64,000 bases of DNA, taken from assembly GCF_045037415.1 (NCBI RefSeq), contig NZ_CP173438.1; one strand, 5' to 3'. Position 1 is the stretch's first letter. The number at the start of each line of letters is the position of its first letter. The translations under genes and the position numbers were made by a program. Positions 34,378-47,488 of the stretch are shown here, piece by piece. Origin of the DNA: Escherichia coli. GTDB taxonomy: Bacteria > Pseudomonadota > Gammaproteobacteria > Enterobacterales > Enterobacteriaceae. The notes beneath the pieces are model-generated. The model did no database searches. It had not been told where the DNA came from and saw nothing but the letters and a program-made list of their open reading frames with translations.

Positions 34378-34584
34378 TTACGGGCGGGGCTGTGCAATAC
34401 GCGCCTGTAGCCAGGCTTCCACTTCACTTTTCAGCCAGCGGGAGCTGCGGCCCAGCTTGATGGGAGCCGGAAAGGCCCCATCCCTGATGAGCCTGTAAAA
34501 CCACTTATCTGTCAGGCCGTTCAGTTGAGTGATAAATGCCATGTCGACCATCTGGTCATCCATCAGTGAAACTGGGGTGGTCAT
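34378..34584 (-). CDS. alpA: AlpA-family prophage transcriptional regulator
   Basis: ATG at 34584; ...FITQLNGLTDKWFYRLIRDGAFPAPIKLGRSSRWLKSEVEAWLQARI typical of AlpA. Confidence 0.8.
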   Translation of the reverse strand: MTTPVSLMDDQMVDMAFITQLNGLTDKWFYRLIRDGAFPAPIKLGRSSRWLKSEVEAWLQARIAQPRP

Positions 34585-35309
34585 GAGAATGTTCCTCCGG
34601 ATGTTGTTAATCTCAACCGGCGTTGGTGATGAAAACAACGCACCACCTTCACCGGCATAACAACCGGGGAGAAACGTAAAAAATAATCGGGAATGTGACC
34701 GTCAGGAGATAAACGGGGGGATTGCGGTGGCTGAGCCGTACCGGTATGTCGGGTGGTTGTTGCGAAACGATGCTTCCGCACGCGCACGCGATAAAGGAGG
34801 GAGGACTTTCGTGAGACAAGGGGAAAACTAGCGTTCTGATAATTGCAGAGTTGTTTTTGAAGGCGGTTGTGGTATATCAGCCTGTGACCTGTGGGCAGGC
34901 GACAGTTATCACTGGTGGGATAAGACTGTCTGATTGGTATTATAAATATATAAGAGAGATCAAACACATGAGATCAAATACATGAGTTCATATATGTGAA
35001 ATAAACACTGTGAGTGCGATCAGTGGGCATGAGAACGCAGTAGCAGCAGATTGCGTTGTACCCACAGGGCTATCTCTGATAGCTGGCGTATAACCTGCGT
35101 ATATAAAACGTACCTGCAACACACGTGAACAGAGTGCATTAAGCATCCGTCTGAGCGGTAAACGTATCCGACCTGGTGAGTGACAGTCTGAGAGACCGGT
35201 TAAGTGGTGGCACGGGAGTAATGAGTTTGGGGAGGGTACCAGAATGCCAGGCTGGTGCGGTATGCTGACAGCATCCTGTTAACCGCAGCATAAAGTAATG
35301 AGAGGCTAA

Positions 35310-35507
35310 TGGAAGTTAAAACCACAGCAGTTCCGTCGTTGTTCATCCCGGGAGACGCTGGAAAAAGTGATTTCCCACACGCGTTATAAACTTACCCCTG
35401 CGGAGCTGGAAGCCTTTAACTCTGCCGTTGACAACCGGCTGGCAGAACTGACAATGAACAAACTTTACGATCGCGTGCCGGCTTCCGTCTGGAAATATGT
35501 CACCTGA
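35310..35507 (+). pseudogene. Hha/YmoA-family regulator homolog lacking an in-frame start (likely N-terminal frameshift)
   Basis: Frame gives ...RRCSSRETLEKVISHTRYKLTPAELEAFNSAVDNRLAELTMNKLYDRVPASVWKYVT*; an ATG at 35309 is in the +1 frame. Confidence 0.4.
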
Positions 35508-35839
35508 ATCTTGAATCCGCGCTACGATGACTCCGGTGTTATCTGTGCACCGGAAGATCGGGAACATTAAGCAGTATAACGGCAACAAAGAATTCGAAAT
35601 CAAAAGGGAATGGTGTACAGAGGGGCAGGCGTTCAGGCATTACCGGCCTGTATCTTCTGAAGGGGACTCGTATTTGTCGGGGCTGAGTATTCCGCTCGAT
35701 TCGATCACGGATTGGCGGAATACCTGACTGTGATTGATTCAGATACCATTTTGCAGGGAGCCGGTGCGTTACTGTCTGGCACAACAAACGCAGCGGGTCG
35801 CTCTGCCCCGCCGATTCCTGATAATCCCTCCCCTGTAAC

Positions 35840-36034
35840 CTACTGCAACAGTACAAATACACTGACGCCTGAAACGGTAACCAGAATCAGCACCAGCAGT
35901 AACGTCAGTAAACAGAGCAGACGATCGGTCTTCCGGTAATAACCGAAGGGGTCGACAGCGCCACAATACGGGCAACAAACTGTATTATGAGTAATTGCGT
36001 TACCACAGTCCCTGCACTTCTTTTTGCGTATCAC
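35840..36034 (-). CDS. Small zinc-ribbon membrane protein (hypothetical)
   Basis: 64 aa; CRDCG...CCPYCG followed by a hydrophobic helix. Confidence 0.35.
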   Translation of the reverse strand: MIRKKKCRDCGNAITHNTVCCPYCGAVDPFGYYRKTDRLLCLLTLLLVLILVTVSGVSVFVLLQ

Positions 36035-36236
36035 GATAGCTCCCTCGCCACGCCTTATCCGTAACCGGTTTTTTACATTAAAAAAAACAACGCCGGGAAT
36101 TCAATCGTCAGTCCGGAGACGACCGTTCGGGTTATCACAGAGTGCCTGAGACAGTGTCCTGCCGGAGGTCACTTCAGGGACTCTGCGTATTTTTTACGAC
36201 GTGGCTATTCCGTATGAACCATACGGAGATTTAACC

Positions 36237-36806
36237 ATGACCTACAAATACAACCCCTTCTGGCAGCAACGTATTCGTGAGACGGTGCGGCACGCACTGA
36301 ATGTTCATCCCCGCCTGACGGCATTGCGGGTTGACCTGCGTTTCCCGGATGTACCGGCAGCAACGGACGCAGCTGTGATATCCCGCTTCATCAATGCCCT
36401 GAAAGCCCGAATCGACGCTTACCAGAAACGTAAGCATCGGGAAGGTAAACGCGTGCATCCCACAACCCTGCATTACGTCTGGGCCCGGGAGTTTGGGGAG
36501 TGCAAAGGTAAAAAACACTATCACCTGATGCTGCTGGTTAACCGGGATACCTGGTGTCGTGCCGGTGATTACCGTGCTCCGGGATCACTGGCCGGGATGA
36601 TTAAACAGGCGTGGTGCAGTGCCCTGGGAGTGGATGTCGGGTGCCATGCCACGCTGGTGCATTTTCCGGCCTGGCCGGCGGTGTGGCTGGAACGCGATGA
36701 TGACACTGGCTTTCAGCAGGTGCTGGAACGTGCTGACTATCTGGCGAAGGAACATACCAAAGCTCACTGCACCGGTGAGCGCAATTTTGGCTGTAGCCGG
36801 AGTTGA
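36237..36806 (+). CDS. Inovirus Gp2-like / YagK-YfjJ family protein (HUH rolling-circle Rep-like)
   Basis: ATG at 36237 (MTYKYNPFWQQRIRE...); HUH-like motif KKHYHLMLLVN; family recalled from CP4-6/CP4-57. Confidence 0.7.
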   Translation: MTYKYNPFWQQRIRETVRHALNVHPRLTALRVDLRFPDVPAATDAAVISRFINALKARIDAYQKRKHREGKRVHPTTLHYVWAREFGECKGKKHYHLMLLVNRDTWCRAGDYRAPGSLAGMIKQAWCSALGVDVGCHATLVHFPAWPAVWLERDDDTGFQQVLERADYLAKEHTKAHCTGERNFGCSRS

Positions 36807-37059
36807 GCACGACTGGCGCGCCAATACCCGGCAAACCAAAAGTATGGGTTGTTGTCTGGCGGCAACGATGTATCCACTCGCCCACTGACTGTTTTTTACG
36901 TCAGTGTTCCATTGTGTGACAACCACAGTGCTGTAACAGCAACCAGCCTGCTTTACCCAAACTCCAGTCCAGATTTTAACTGAACCGCCATTCACACCCT
37001 GACCACGCTGCCCGTACCGGGACGGCTGTTGCCTGCGTGTCGTCTGGCGGCTGAGGAAT

Positions 37060-37467
37060 ATGACTATGTACGCAAAATCCTTTATCGCTCTTGATGGCAA
37101 CGGACGTCTGACGGGCGCCCGTACTGCACAGGCCGCACCTTATGCTCACTACACCTGCCACTTGTGTGGCAGTGCACTCAGATACCATCCGCAATACGAC
37201 ACTGAACTTCCCTGGTTTGAACACACTGACGACAGGCTGACAGAGCACGGTCAACAGTGCCCTTATGTCAGGCCGGAGCGCAGAGAAATACAGTTGATTA
37301 AACGTCTGCAGCAATTCGTACCGGATGCCTTACCCGTGGTGCGTAAAGCCAGCTGGCACTGCAGACAATGTCACCACGATTATTATGGGGAGCAGTACTG
37401 CACACACTGCCAGACCGGAGGATTCAGTATTCCCCGGACAACTCAGGAGGAAATATGCGAATTCTGA
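37060..37467 (+). CDS. Zinc-ribbon protein resembling the N-terminal domain of CoiA-like competence proteins (paralog 1)
   Basis: YTCHLCGSALRY...PWFEH...WHCRQCHHDYYGEQYCTHCQTGG; paralogous to the next ORF. Confidence 0.5.
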   Translation: MTMYAKSFIALDGNGRLTGARTAQAAPYAHYTCHLCGSALRYHPQYDTELPWFEHTDDRLTEHGQQCPYVRPERREIQLIKRLQQFVPDALPVVRKASWHCRQCHHDYYGEQYCTHCQTGGFSIPRTTQEEICEF

Positions 37468-37889
37468 ACTGTTATATGGCGAATGACAGCAAAGGCCATT
37501 TTGTTACGGCGAAAGAAGCTGCGAAGCACAACCGACAGGACGTTTTGTGCTGTGTGTCCTGTGGATGCCCGTTAACACTTCAGCGGGGCAATGACGGACA
37601 ACCACCGTGGTTTGAACATGACCAGATGACTGTCGCTGAAAAAATCCTGCTGCGATGTACCTGGCTTGACCCGGCAGAGAAAGAGGCCCGTCGTTTGCAT
37701 CTGCAGGGCATGACGGTTCCGGATTATACGGTGAAGGTGAGAAAGTGGTTTTGTGTGATGTGTGACGAAGATTATGAGGGGGAAAAGTGCTGCCCACGCT
37801 GCGGTACCGGGGTATACAGCAGGGCGTGGGGGCGGCAGGAGGTGCCGTCGGAAGATGCCAGGGCTGATAATCCGTTACAGAGGCTGTAA
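37455..37889 (+). CDS. Zinc-ribbon protein resembling the N-terminal domain of CoiA-like competence proteins (paralog 2)
   Basis: LCCVSCGCPLTL...PWFEH...WFCVMCDEDYEGEKCCPRCGTGV; start overlaps paralog 1 by 13 bp. Confidence 0.5.
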   Translation: MRILNCYMANDSKGHFVTAKEAAKHNRQDVLCCVSCGCPLTLQRGNDGQPPWFEHDQMTVAEKILLRCTWLDPAEKEARRLHLQGMTVPDYTVKVRKWFCVMCDEDYEGEKCCPRCGTGVYSRAWGRQEVPSEDARADNPLQRL

Positions 37890-38045
37890 TGGTTGCCTCC
37901 GGAGCAGTTTGCGGTGATGCCTTTCCCGGGAATGGATTGCCAGTGCGGGGACTGTGGAGCTTAATTCCGGTGTTGGTGGCCTTTCCATTGATTTTATGCC
38001 AACAGCCCCCTGTGACTGACAGGCTGCCTCGTCATTCCATTCGTA

Positions 38046-38151
38046 TCTCCAGTAACAGGGGGTTGTATTGTATTTTATTGTACCGGTTCAGGTGTGCGTT
38101 TCCCGGCGCGTCTGCACCGGCTTAACCAAATTCAACAGGGATAAAATAGTG
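38046..38151. repeat. About 110-bp repeat, copy 1 (second copy at 58765-58875), abutting the IS66 left end
   Basis: tctccagtaacagggggttgtattg...caacagggataaaatagtg is near-identical at both loci (copy 2 has an extra 5 bp); flanks differ. Confidence 0.7.
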
Positions 38152-38222
38152 GTAAGCGTACAGCCTGAACCGTCTGGTCAGAATCTGACGAATTAGACAA
38201 AGTGGTGTCCACCAAATAAGTA

Positions 38223-38624
38223 GTGGGAACCAAAGTGTCAGATATGCAGAAAAATGTGACTCCCGGCAGGCGAAAAGGCTGCCCTAATTATCCTCCCGAA
38301 TTTAAACAGCTGCTCGTTGCTGCCTCCTGTGAACCCGGGATATCCATCTCAAAACTTGCTCTTGAAAATGGCATTAACGCCAATCTGTTGTTCAAATGGC
38401 GACAACAATGGCGCGAGGGAAAGCTGCTATTACCTTCTTCAGAGAGCCCCCAGCTACTTCCTGTGACTCTCGATGCAGCTGCCGAACAGCCAGAATCGCT
38501 CGCAGAGGACCCGGAAACCCTCAGTATCAGCTGTGAGGTAACGTTCCGGCACGGGACGCTCCGCTTCAATGGCAATGTCAGCGAAAAGCTCCTGACTCTG
38601 CTGATACAGGAACTGAAGCGATGA
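38223..38624 (+). CDS. IS66 accessory protein TnpA (orf1)
   Basis: 133 aa with HTH (ISISKLALENGINANLLFKWRQQ). Confidence 0.8.
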   Translation: MGTKVSDMQKNVTPGRRKGCPNYPPEFKQLLVAASCEPGISISKLALENGINANLLFKWRQQWREGKLLLPSSESPQLLPVTLDAAAEQPESLAEDPETLSISCEVTFRHGTLRFNGNVSEKLLTLLIQELKR

Positions 38625-38968
38625 TCCCGTTACCTTCCGGGACCAAAATTTGGCTGGTTGCCGGTATCACCGATATGAGAAATGGCTTCAACGGCCTGGC
38701 TGCGAAAGTACAAACGGCGCTGAAAGACGATCCCATGTCCGGCCATGTTTTCATTTTCCGGGGCCGCAGCGGCAGTCAGGTTAAACTGCTGTGGTCCACC
38801 GGTAACGGACTGTGCCTCCTGACCAAACGGCTGGAGCGTGGGCGCTTCGCCTGGCCGTCAGCCCGTGATGGCAAAGTGTTCCTTACGCAGGCGCAGCTGG
38901 CGATGCTGCTGGAAGGTATCGACTGGCGACAGCCCAAGCGGCTGCTGACCTCCCTGACCATGCTGTAA
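38621..38968 (+). CDS. IS66 TnpB (orf2)
   Basis: 115 aa, MIPLPSGTKIWLVAGITDMRNGFNGLAAKVQ... typical IS66 orf2. Confidence 0.85.
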   Translation: MIPLPSGTKIWLVAGITDMRNGFNGLAAKVQTALKDDPMSGHVFIFRGRSGSQVKLLWSTGNGLCLLTKRLERGRFAWPSARDGKVFLTQAQLAMLLEGIDWRQPKRLLTSLTML

Positions 38969-39017
38969 ATCTCTTTATCCTGGTTGTCACAGAATAAGCC
39001 CGGTAAAATACGGGCTT

Positions 39018-40403
39018 ATGAACGACATCTCTTCTGACGACATCTTCCTGCTAAAACAGCGCCTGGCCGAACAGGAAGCGCTGATCCACGCCCTGCAGGA
39101 AAAGCTGAGCAACCGGGAGCGCGAAATAGACCATCTGCAGGCGCAGCTGGATAAACTCCGCCGGATGAACTTCGGCAGTCGTTCCGAAAAAGTCTCCCGC
39201 CGTATCGCACAAATGGAAGCCGATCTGAACCGGCTTCAGAAAGAGAGCGATACGCTGACTGGTAGGGTGTATGACCCGGCAGTACAGCGTCCGTTGCGTC
39301 AGACCCGCACCCGTAAGCCGTTCCCTGAATCACTACCCCGTGACGAAAAGCGACTGTTGCCTGCGGCGCCGTGCTGCCCGAACTGCGGCGGTTCACTGAG
39401 CTATCTGGGCGAGGATACCGCCGAACAGCTGGAGTTGATGCGTAGCGCCTTCCGGGTTATCCGGACGGTACGGGAAAAACATGCCTGTACTCAGTGCGAT
39501 GCCATCGTGCAGGCACCTGCACCTTCGCGGCCCATCGAGCGGGGTATCGCCGGACCGGGGCTGCTGGCCCGCGTGCTGACCTCGAAGTATGCAGAGCACA
39601 CCCCGCTGTATTGCCAGTCAGAAATATACGGCCGGCAAGGTGTGGAGCTGAGCCGTTCACTGCTGTCGGGCTGGGTGGATGCATGCTGCCGGCTGCTGTC
39701 TCCGCTGGAAGAGGCGCTTCATGGCTATGTCATGACTGACGGCAAACTCCATGCCGATGATACCCCGGTCCAGGTACTGCTGCCGGGTAATAAGAAGACG
39801 AAGACCGGGCGGTTGTGGGCGTATGTTCGTGATGACCGCAATGCCGGGTCAGCGTTGGCACCTGCAGTGTGGTTCGCTTACAGCCCGGACAGAAAAGGCA
39901 TCCATCCGCAGACTCATCTTGCTTGCTTCAGCGGTGTGCTGCAAGCGGATGCGTACGCCGGGTTCAACGAGCTGTATCGCAATGGTGGGATAACGGAAGC
40001 TGCCTGCTGGGCTCATGCCCGCCGAAAGATCCACGATGTGCACGTCCGCATCCCGTCAGCACTGACGGAAGAAGCCCTAGAGCAGATCGGTCAGTTGTAC
40101 GCCATAGAGGCGGATATAAGGGGAATGCCGGCAGAGCAGCGGCTTGCTGAACGTCAGCGAAAAACGAAACCGCTGTTGAAATCCCTGGAAAGCTGGTTGC
40201 GTGAAAAGATGAAGACCCTGTTCTTCGGCTCTGGCCATGGTGGTGAGCGGGGAGCGCTACTGTACAGCCTGATCGGGACGTGCAAACTGAATGACGTGGA
40301 TCCAGAAAGCTACCTTCGCCATGTGCCTGGCGTCATAGCAGACTGGCCGGTCAACCGGGTCAGCGAACTGCTTCCGTGGCGCATAGCACTGCCAGCTGAA
40401 TAA
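39018..40403 (+). CDS. IS66-family transposase TnpC (orf3), possibly shortened
   Basis: 461 aa with leucine-zipper N-terminus, CxxC zinc motif and DDE core; shorter than the recalled ~520 aa. Confidence 0.8.
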   Translation: MNDISSDDIFLLKQRLAEQEALIHALQEKLSNREREIDHLQAQLDKLRRMNFGSRSEKVSRRIAQMEADLNRLQKESDTLTGRVYDPAVQRPLRQTRTRKPFPESLPRDEKRLLPAAPCCPNCGGSLSYLGEDTAEQLELMRSAFRVIRTVREKHACTQCDAIVQAPAPSRPIERGIAGPGLLARVLTSKYAEHTPLYCQSEIYGRQGVELSRSLLSGWVDACCRLLSPLEEALHGYVMTDGKLHADDTPVQVLLPGNKKTKTGRLWAYVRDDRNAGSALAPAVWFAYSPDRKGIHPQTHLACFSGVLQADAYAGFNELYRNGGITEAACWAHARRKIHDVHVRIPSALTEEALEQIGQLYAIEADIRGMPAEQRLAERQRKTKPLLKSLESWLREKMKTLFFGSGHGGERGALLYSLIGTCKLNDVDPESYLRHVPGVIADWPVNRVSELLPWRIALPAE

Positions 40404-40641
40404 CACATCCCCGTCAATACGGCCCTCGCTGTACGCTTACTTTTGTTCGGACTGCTTATGGCCTTTTTCCACTGGTGTAGCAGGAAAGTTAACCGGCTGC
40501 CACCATGAGATGACGTGTAAACCGTGCAGGCATGTTTTCACGTGGTGACGCTTTCATTGGGGGTCTACGCCGGAACCCCAATATTGTTCACATACATGAA
40601 TTTGAAAAACTAAGCGATACTGCTGTCCGTACCTTATAAAC

Positions 40642-42000
40642 TTATTTCAACGCTTCCGGCAGCGTCACAATCCACAGTTCACTGTCAGACTCCGGTTTCT
40701 CCAGTGGCTTCACTCTGAGGGTCGTTTCAACCTGCTTGTCGTCAAGCGTCAGCTTTCCTTCCGCGTTCACCCGATAATCCTTGAATGTCTTGCCCTCGAC
40801 CGGATGTTGCATCGCCACCTTCACGCCAAAGTCGTTATCGTTCGCCACCGCCAGCGTTTTGCTGTCGATCAGCGCCAACCCTTCAGCCTTCTCCTGCTGC
40901 CAGCCCAAGGAGCGCAGATCAACAACCTGCGTTTTCTGCGCAAGGGTAATGCCGCGCTGTGACAGGGTTTTCTCATCATCAAACTCCGGATACTCACCCG
41001 GCTTGTCGAAGCCTGACAGGTCGCTCGCCTTATTGAGATCGACCTCGTAAATCAGGTTACGCATTCTGTTGTTTTTATCTCTTCCCTGTTCGATCAGCAG
41101 GATGTGCTGGTTATCGAGCGCCACGATGTCTCCGATTTTAGCGTCGCTGTTTTTGCTGTAGGCCGCGCTGTCGATAGGATAACCGTACATCGCGGTTTTT
41201 CCGCTTGCCGGATCGAAGCTCACCAGACGCGTAAACAGCGCCTTTTTCTTGCTCTTAGCGTCGATATCCAGCGTACTTTGCACGGCGACAATAATACGCC
41301 CGTCCGGCATACGGGTGAGGCCTTCAAAGCCGCGGTTCGCCTGACGCCATTTGAGGATATTTGGCAAACCGCCCGCAATCGCTTTTTCCCCTTCCGCCGC
41401 CTGCGGACCGTGGATTGCCAGGATTTTCCCTTTACTGTCGATGTTAATCAGGAACGGGCCATACTCATCGCACAGCCAGTAACCTCCTTTACCATCCGGA
41501 GTGATCCCTTCCGTATCCAGCCCGCGATTATCCCCCTTCAGTCTATGTAACGTGTCGCTGAAGGCCACTTCATTGGTGGAGCCAATCACGTCGCTTGCCA
41601 GCGGCAGACCGTTGATCGCGCCTTTATCGTCATGCAGAGGACGGGGATCGATGGCCTCCGCTTTGCCGTTTTGTACACGAATCGTCATCAGCAGCGGCGC
41701 GAAATCTGGCGTAACGAAAATTTTAGTTTCGTTTTTCCCCTCTTTCGGTGAATCCGCGTTCGGACCGCGATCGGTAATGGTTGCGAATGTCAGGGCATCG
41801 CCCTGTTTACCGGTGAACAGCAGGCCAGAACCTATCCCAACCGGAAGGCCGTTCGGGAATGCACTGGCAAATGCGCCGGCGTAGTTCACGTGCGTGCCTT
41901 CTGGAAAACTGACGACATAGCGCTCAGCCGTAGGTTGTGCCGCCAGGGCAGAGAAAGAGAGCGTACAACCGATTAGCACGGGAATAATTTTTCTTTTCAT
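40642..42000 (-). CDS. Secreted esterase-like / phytase-like family protein
   Basis: ATG at 42000; signal peptide MKRKIIPVLIGCTLSFSALA; family assignment tentative. Confidence 0.7.
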   Translation of the reverse strand: MKRKIIPVLIGCTLSFSALAAQPTAERYVVSFPEGTHVNYAGAFASAFPNGLPVGIGSGLLFTGKQGDALTFATITDRGPNADSPKEGKNETKIFVTPDFAPLLMTIRVQNGKAEAIDPRPLHDDKGAINGLPLASDVIGSTNEVAFSDTLHRLKGDNRGLDTEGITPDGKGGYWLCDEYGPFLINIDSKGKILAIHGPQAAEGEKAIAGGLPNILKWRQANRGFEGLTRMPDGRIIVAVQSTLDIDAKSKKKALFTRLVSFDPASGKTAMYGYPIDSAAYSKNSDAKIGDIVALDNQHILLIEQGRDKNNRMRNLIYEVDLNKASDLSGFDKPGEYPEFDDEKTLSQRGITLAQKTQVVDLRSLGWQQEKAEGLALIDSKTLAVANDNDFGVKVAMQHPVEGKTFKDYRVNAEGKLTLDDKQVETTLRVKPLEKPESDSELWIVTLPEALK

Positions 42001-42289
42001 ATTGTTAGCATCCATAAAGTGAAGATCACACTACACCATAAAGAAGAAACGAGTCAGGAAAATGACATCGAATGGCAACATGCGCGGGCCTGAGGCCAAA
42101 GAAATGTAAAACACTGTTGTTATTTGTAACAACGGAAACATTTACGGAAATTATTTGTCTTTCTTCGTGATCAAAAATGCTGTGTCTTGTTGGATTGGAG
42201 TGATGAGGGCTGCGTTTAGGAAACGCCCTATATTGTACGGTTGCATTATCGCGGTAGGGGTAATGCACGTGTCAGTATGATGAGCTGAC

Positions 42290-42415
42290 CACACTCACGT
42301 GGGTGGACTGGTATAACAATCGACGATTGCTGGAAAGGCAGGGCCATATCCCACCGGCAGAAGCAGAAAAAGCTTATTATGCTTCCATCGGAAACGATGA
42401 TCTGGCAGCCTGAGT
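42290..42415 (+). pseudogene. Possible integrase-core (transposase) C-terminal fragment
   Basis: Frame gives ...VDWYNNRRLLERQGHIPPAEAEKAYYASIGNDDLAA*, resembling transposase C-termini. Confidence 0.25.
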
Positions 42416-42572
42416 TCACAGATAAAACACTCTCCAGGAAACCCGGGGCGGTTCACTTAGCCGCGTGTCCATTATTGCTGGATAAGATCACACTTTAAAA
42501 TGCCCTATATAGGGTTAACCAGTAATTATCTGTATGATAGCTTTGAGTTCGGGAGGAGGTAATGACTCCAAC

Positions 42573-42968
42573 TTACTGATAGTGTTTTATGTTCAGATAA
42601 TGCCCGATGACCTTGTCATGCAGCTCCACCGATTTTGAGAACGACAGTAACTTCCGTCCCAGCCTTGCCAGATGTTGTCTCAGATTCAGATTATGTCGCT
42701 CAATGCGCTGAGTGTAACGCTTGCTGATAACGTGCAGCTTTCTCTTCAGGCGTGATTCATACAGCGGCCAGCCATCCGTCATCTATACCACGACCTCAAA
42801 GGCCGACAGCAGGCTCAGAAGACGCTCCAGTGTGGCCAGAGTGCGTTCACCGAAGACGTGCGCCACAACCGTCCTCCGTATCCTGTCATACGCGTAAAAC
42901 AGCCAGCGCTGACGTGATTTAGCACCGACGTAGCCCCACTGTTCGTCCATTTCAGCGCAGACAATCAC
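42573..42968 (-). pseudogene. insB: IS1 insB with internal nonsense codon (TAG at 42783-42785)
   Basis: Reads ...[20 protein letters not shown]...; canonical IS1 has W at the stop position. Confidence 0.6.
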
Positions 42969-42994
42969 ATCACTGCCCGGTTGTATGCGCGAGG

Positions 42995-43270
42995 TTACCG
43001 ACTACGGCCTGAGTTTTTTAAGTGACGTAAAACCATGTTGAGGCCAACGCCCATAATGCGTGCACTGGCGCGACATCCGACGCCATTCATGGCCATATCA
43101 ATGATTTTCTGGTGCGTACCGGGCTGAGAGGCGGTGTAAGTGAACTGTAGTTGCCATGTTTTACGGCAATGAGAGCAGAGATAGCGCTGATGTCCGGCAG
43201 TGCTTTTGCCGTTACGCACCACGCCTTCAGTAGCGGAGCAGGAAGGACATCTGATGGAAATGGAAGCCAC
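42995..43270 (-). CDS. insA: IS1 InsA
   Basis: 91 aa [42 protein letters not shown]... Confidence 0.9.
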   Translation of the reverse strand: MASISIRCPSCSATEGVVRNGKSTAGHQRYLCSHCRKTWQLQFTYTASQPGTHQKIIDMAMNGVGCRASARIMGVGLNMVLRHLKNSGRSR

Positions 43271-43498
43271 GCAAGCACCTTAAAATCACCATCATACACT
43301 AAATCAGTAAGTTGGCAGCATTACCGAAATCCCCATCCTTTAGGGCAGTGAGGATGTCAATAATAGCAGACCACATCATGAGTCATTCTGACCGACACAT
43401 GCCAGAAGCAGAGGCTCCATCCCATTTTATACCTACCTTATAACACTTAGAAAAACAACATGTTAAAAATGTCTATTGGAAACAATTTTATTTCCAAT

Positions 43499-43527
43499 TG
43501 TAATGATAACCATTCTCATATTAATAT
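43499..43527 (+). promoter_or_regulatory. Putative Fur box in fecI promoter region
   Basis: tgtaATGATAACCATTCTCATattaat resembles Fur consensus GATAATGATAATCATTATC; about 40 bp upstream of fecI. Confidence 0.45.
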
Positions 43528-43561
43528 GACTACGTGATAATTAACTTTTGATGCACTCCGC

Positions 43562-44079
43562 ATGTCTGACCGCGCCACTACCACAGCTTCCTTAACGTTC
43601 GAGTCGCTTTATGGCACACATCACGGCTGGTTGAAAAGCTGGCTGACGCGCAAACTCCAGTCTGCTTTTGATGCAGATGACATTGCCCAGGACACTTTTT
43701 TGCGGGTAATGGTCAGCGAAACGCTCTCGACGATCCGCGATCCTCGCTCCTTCCTCTGCACTATCGCCAAACGCGTGATGGTGGACCTGTTTCGCCGAAA
43801 CGCGCTGGAAAAAGCGTATCTGGAGATGCTGGCGCTTATGCCGGAGGGGGGAGCGCCTTCACCTGAGGAACGCGAAAGCCAACTCGAGACCCTACAACTC
43901 CTCGACAGCATGCTGGACGGGCTAAACGGCAAAACACGTGAAGCGTTTCTGCTTTCGCAACTGGATGGTCTGACATACAGCGAGATTGCGCACAAACTCG
44001 GTGTTTCCATCAGCTCCGTGAAAAAATACGTGGCGAAAGCCGTCGAGCACTGCCTGCTGTTCCGTCTGGAGTATGGGTT

Positions 44080-44083
<4 letters not shown>
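43562..44083 (+). CDS. fecI: ECF sigma factor FecI
   Basis: 173 aa matching recalled FecI. Confidence 0.95.
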
Positions 44084-47444
<3,361 letters not shown>

Positions 47445-47488
47445 TGTGTTAACGCCCGGCTTGCCGGGCTTTTAGCTGGAATGTGATT

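Larger units (their letters stand above)
38152..40441 (+). mobile_element. IS66-family insertion sequence (tnpA-tnpB-tnpC), about 2290 bp
   Basis: Terminal IRs GTAAGCGTACAGC at 38152 and inverted at 40441; three-ORF IS66 architecture. Confidence 0.8.
42558..43325 (-). mobile_element. IS1 (768 bp), no target duplication; insB carries an in-frame TAG
   Basis: Ends GGTAATGACTCCAACTTACTGAT (42558-) and ...CAGTAAGTTGGCAGCATTACC (-43325); flanks tcgggagga vs gaaatcccc do not match. Confidence 0.9.

Noticed and set aside
39393-40150. Short ORFs on both strands inside the IS66 transposase gene
   Set aside because: Alternative-frame and antisense artefacts within GC-rich tnpC.
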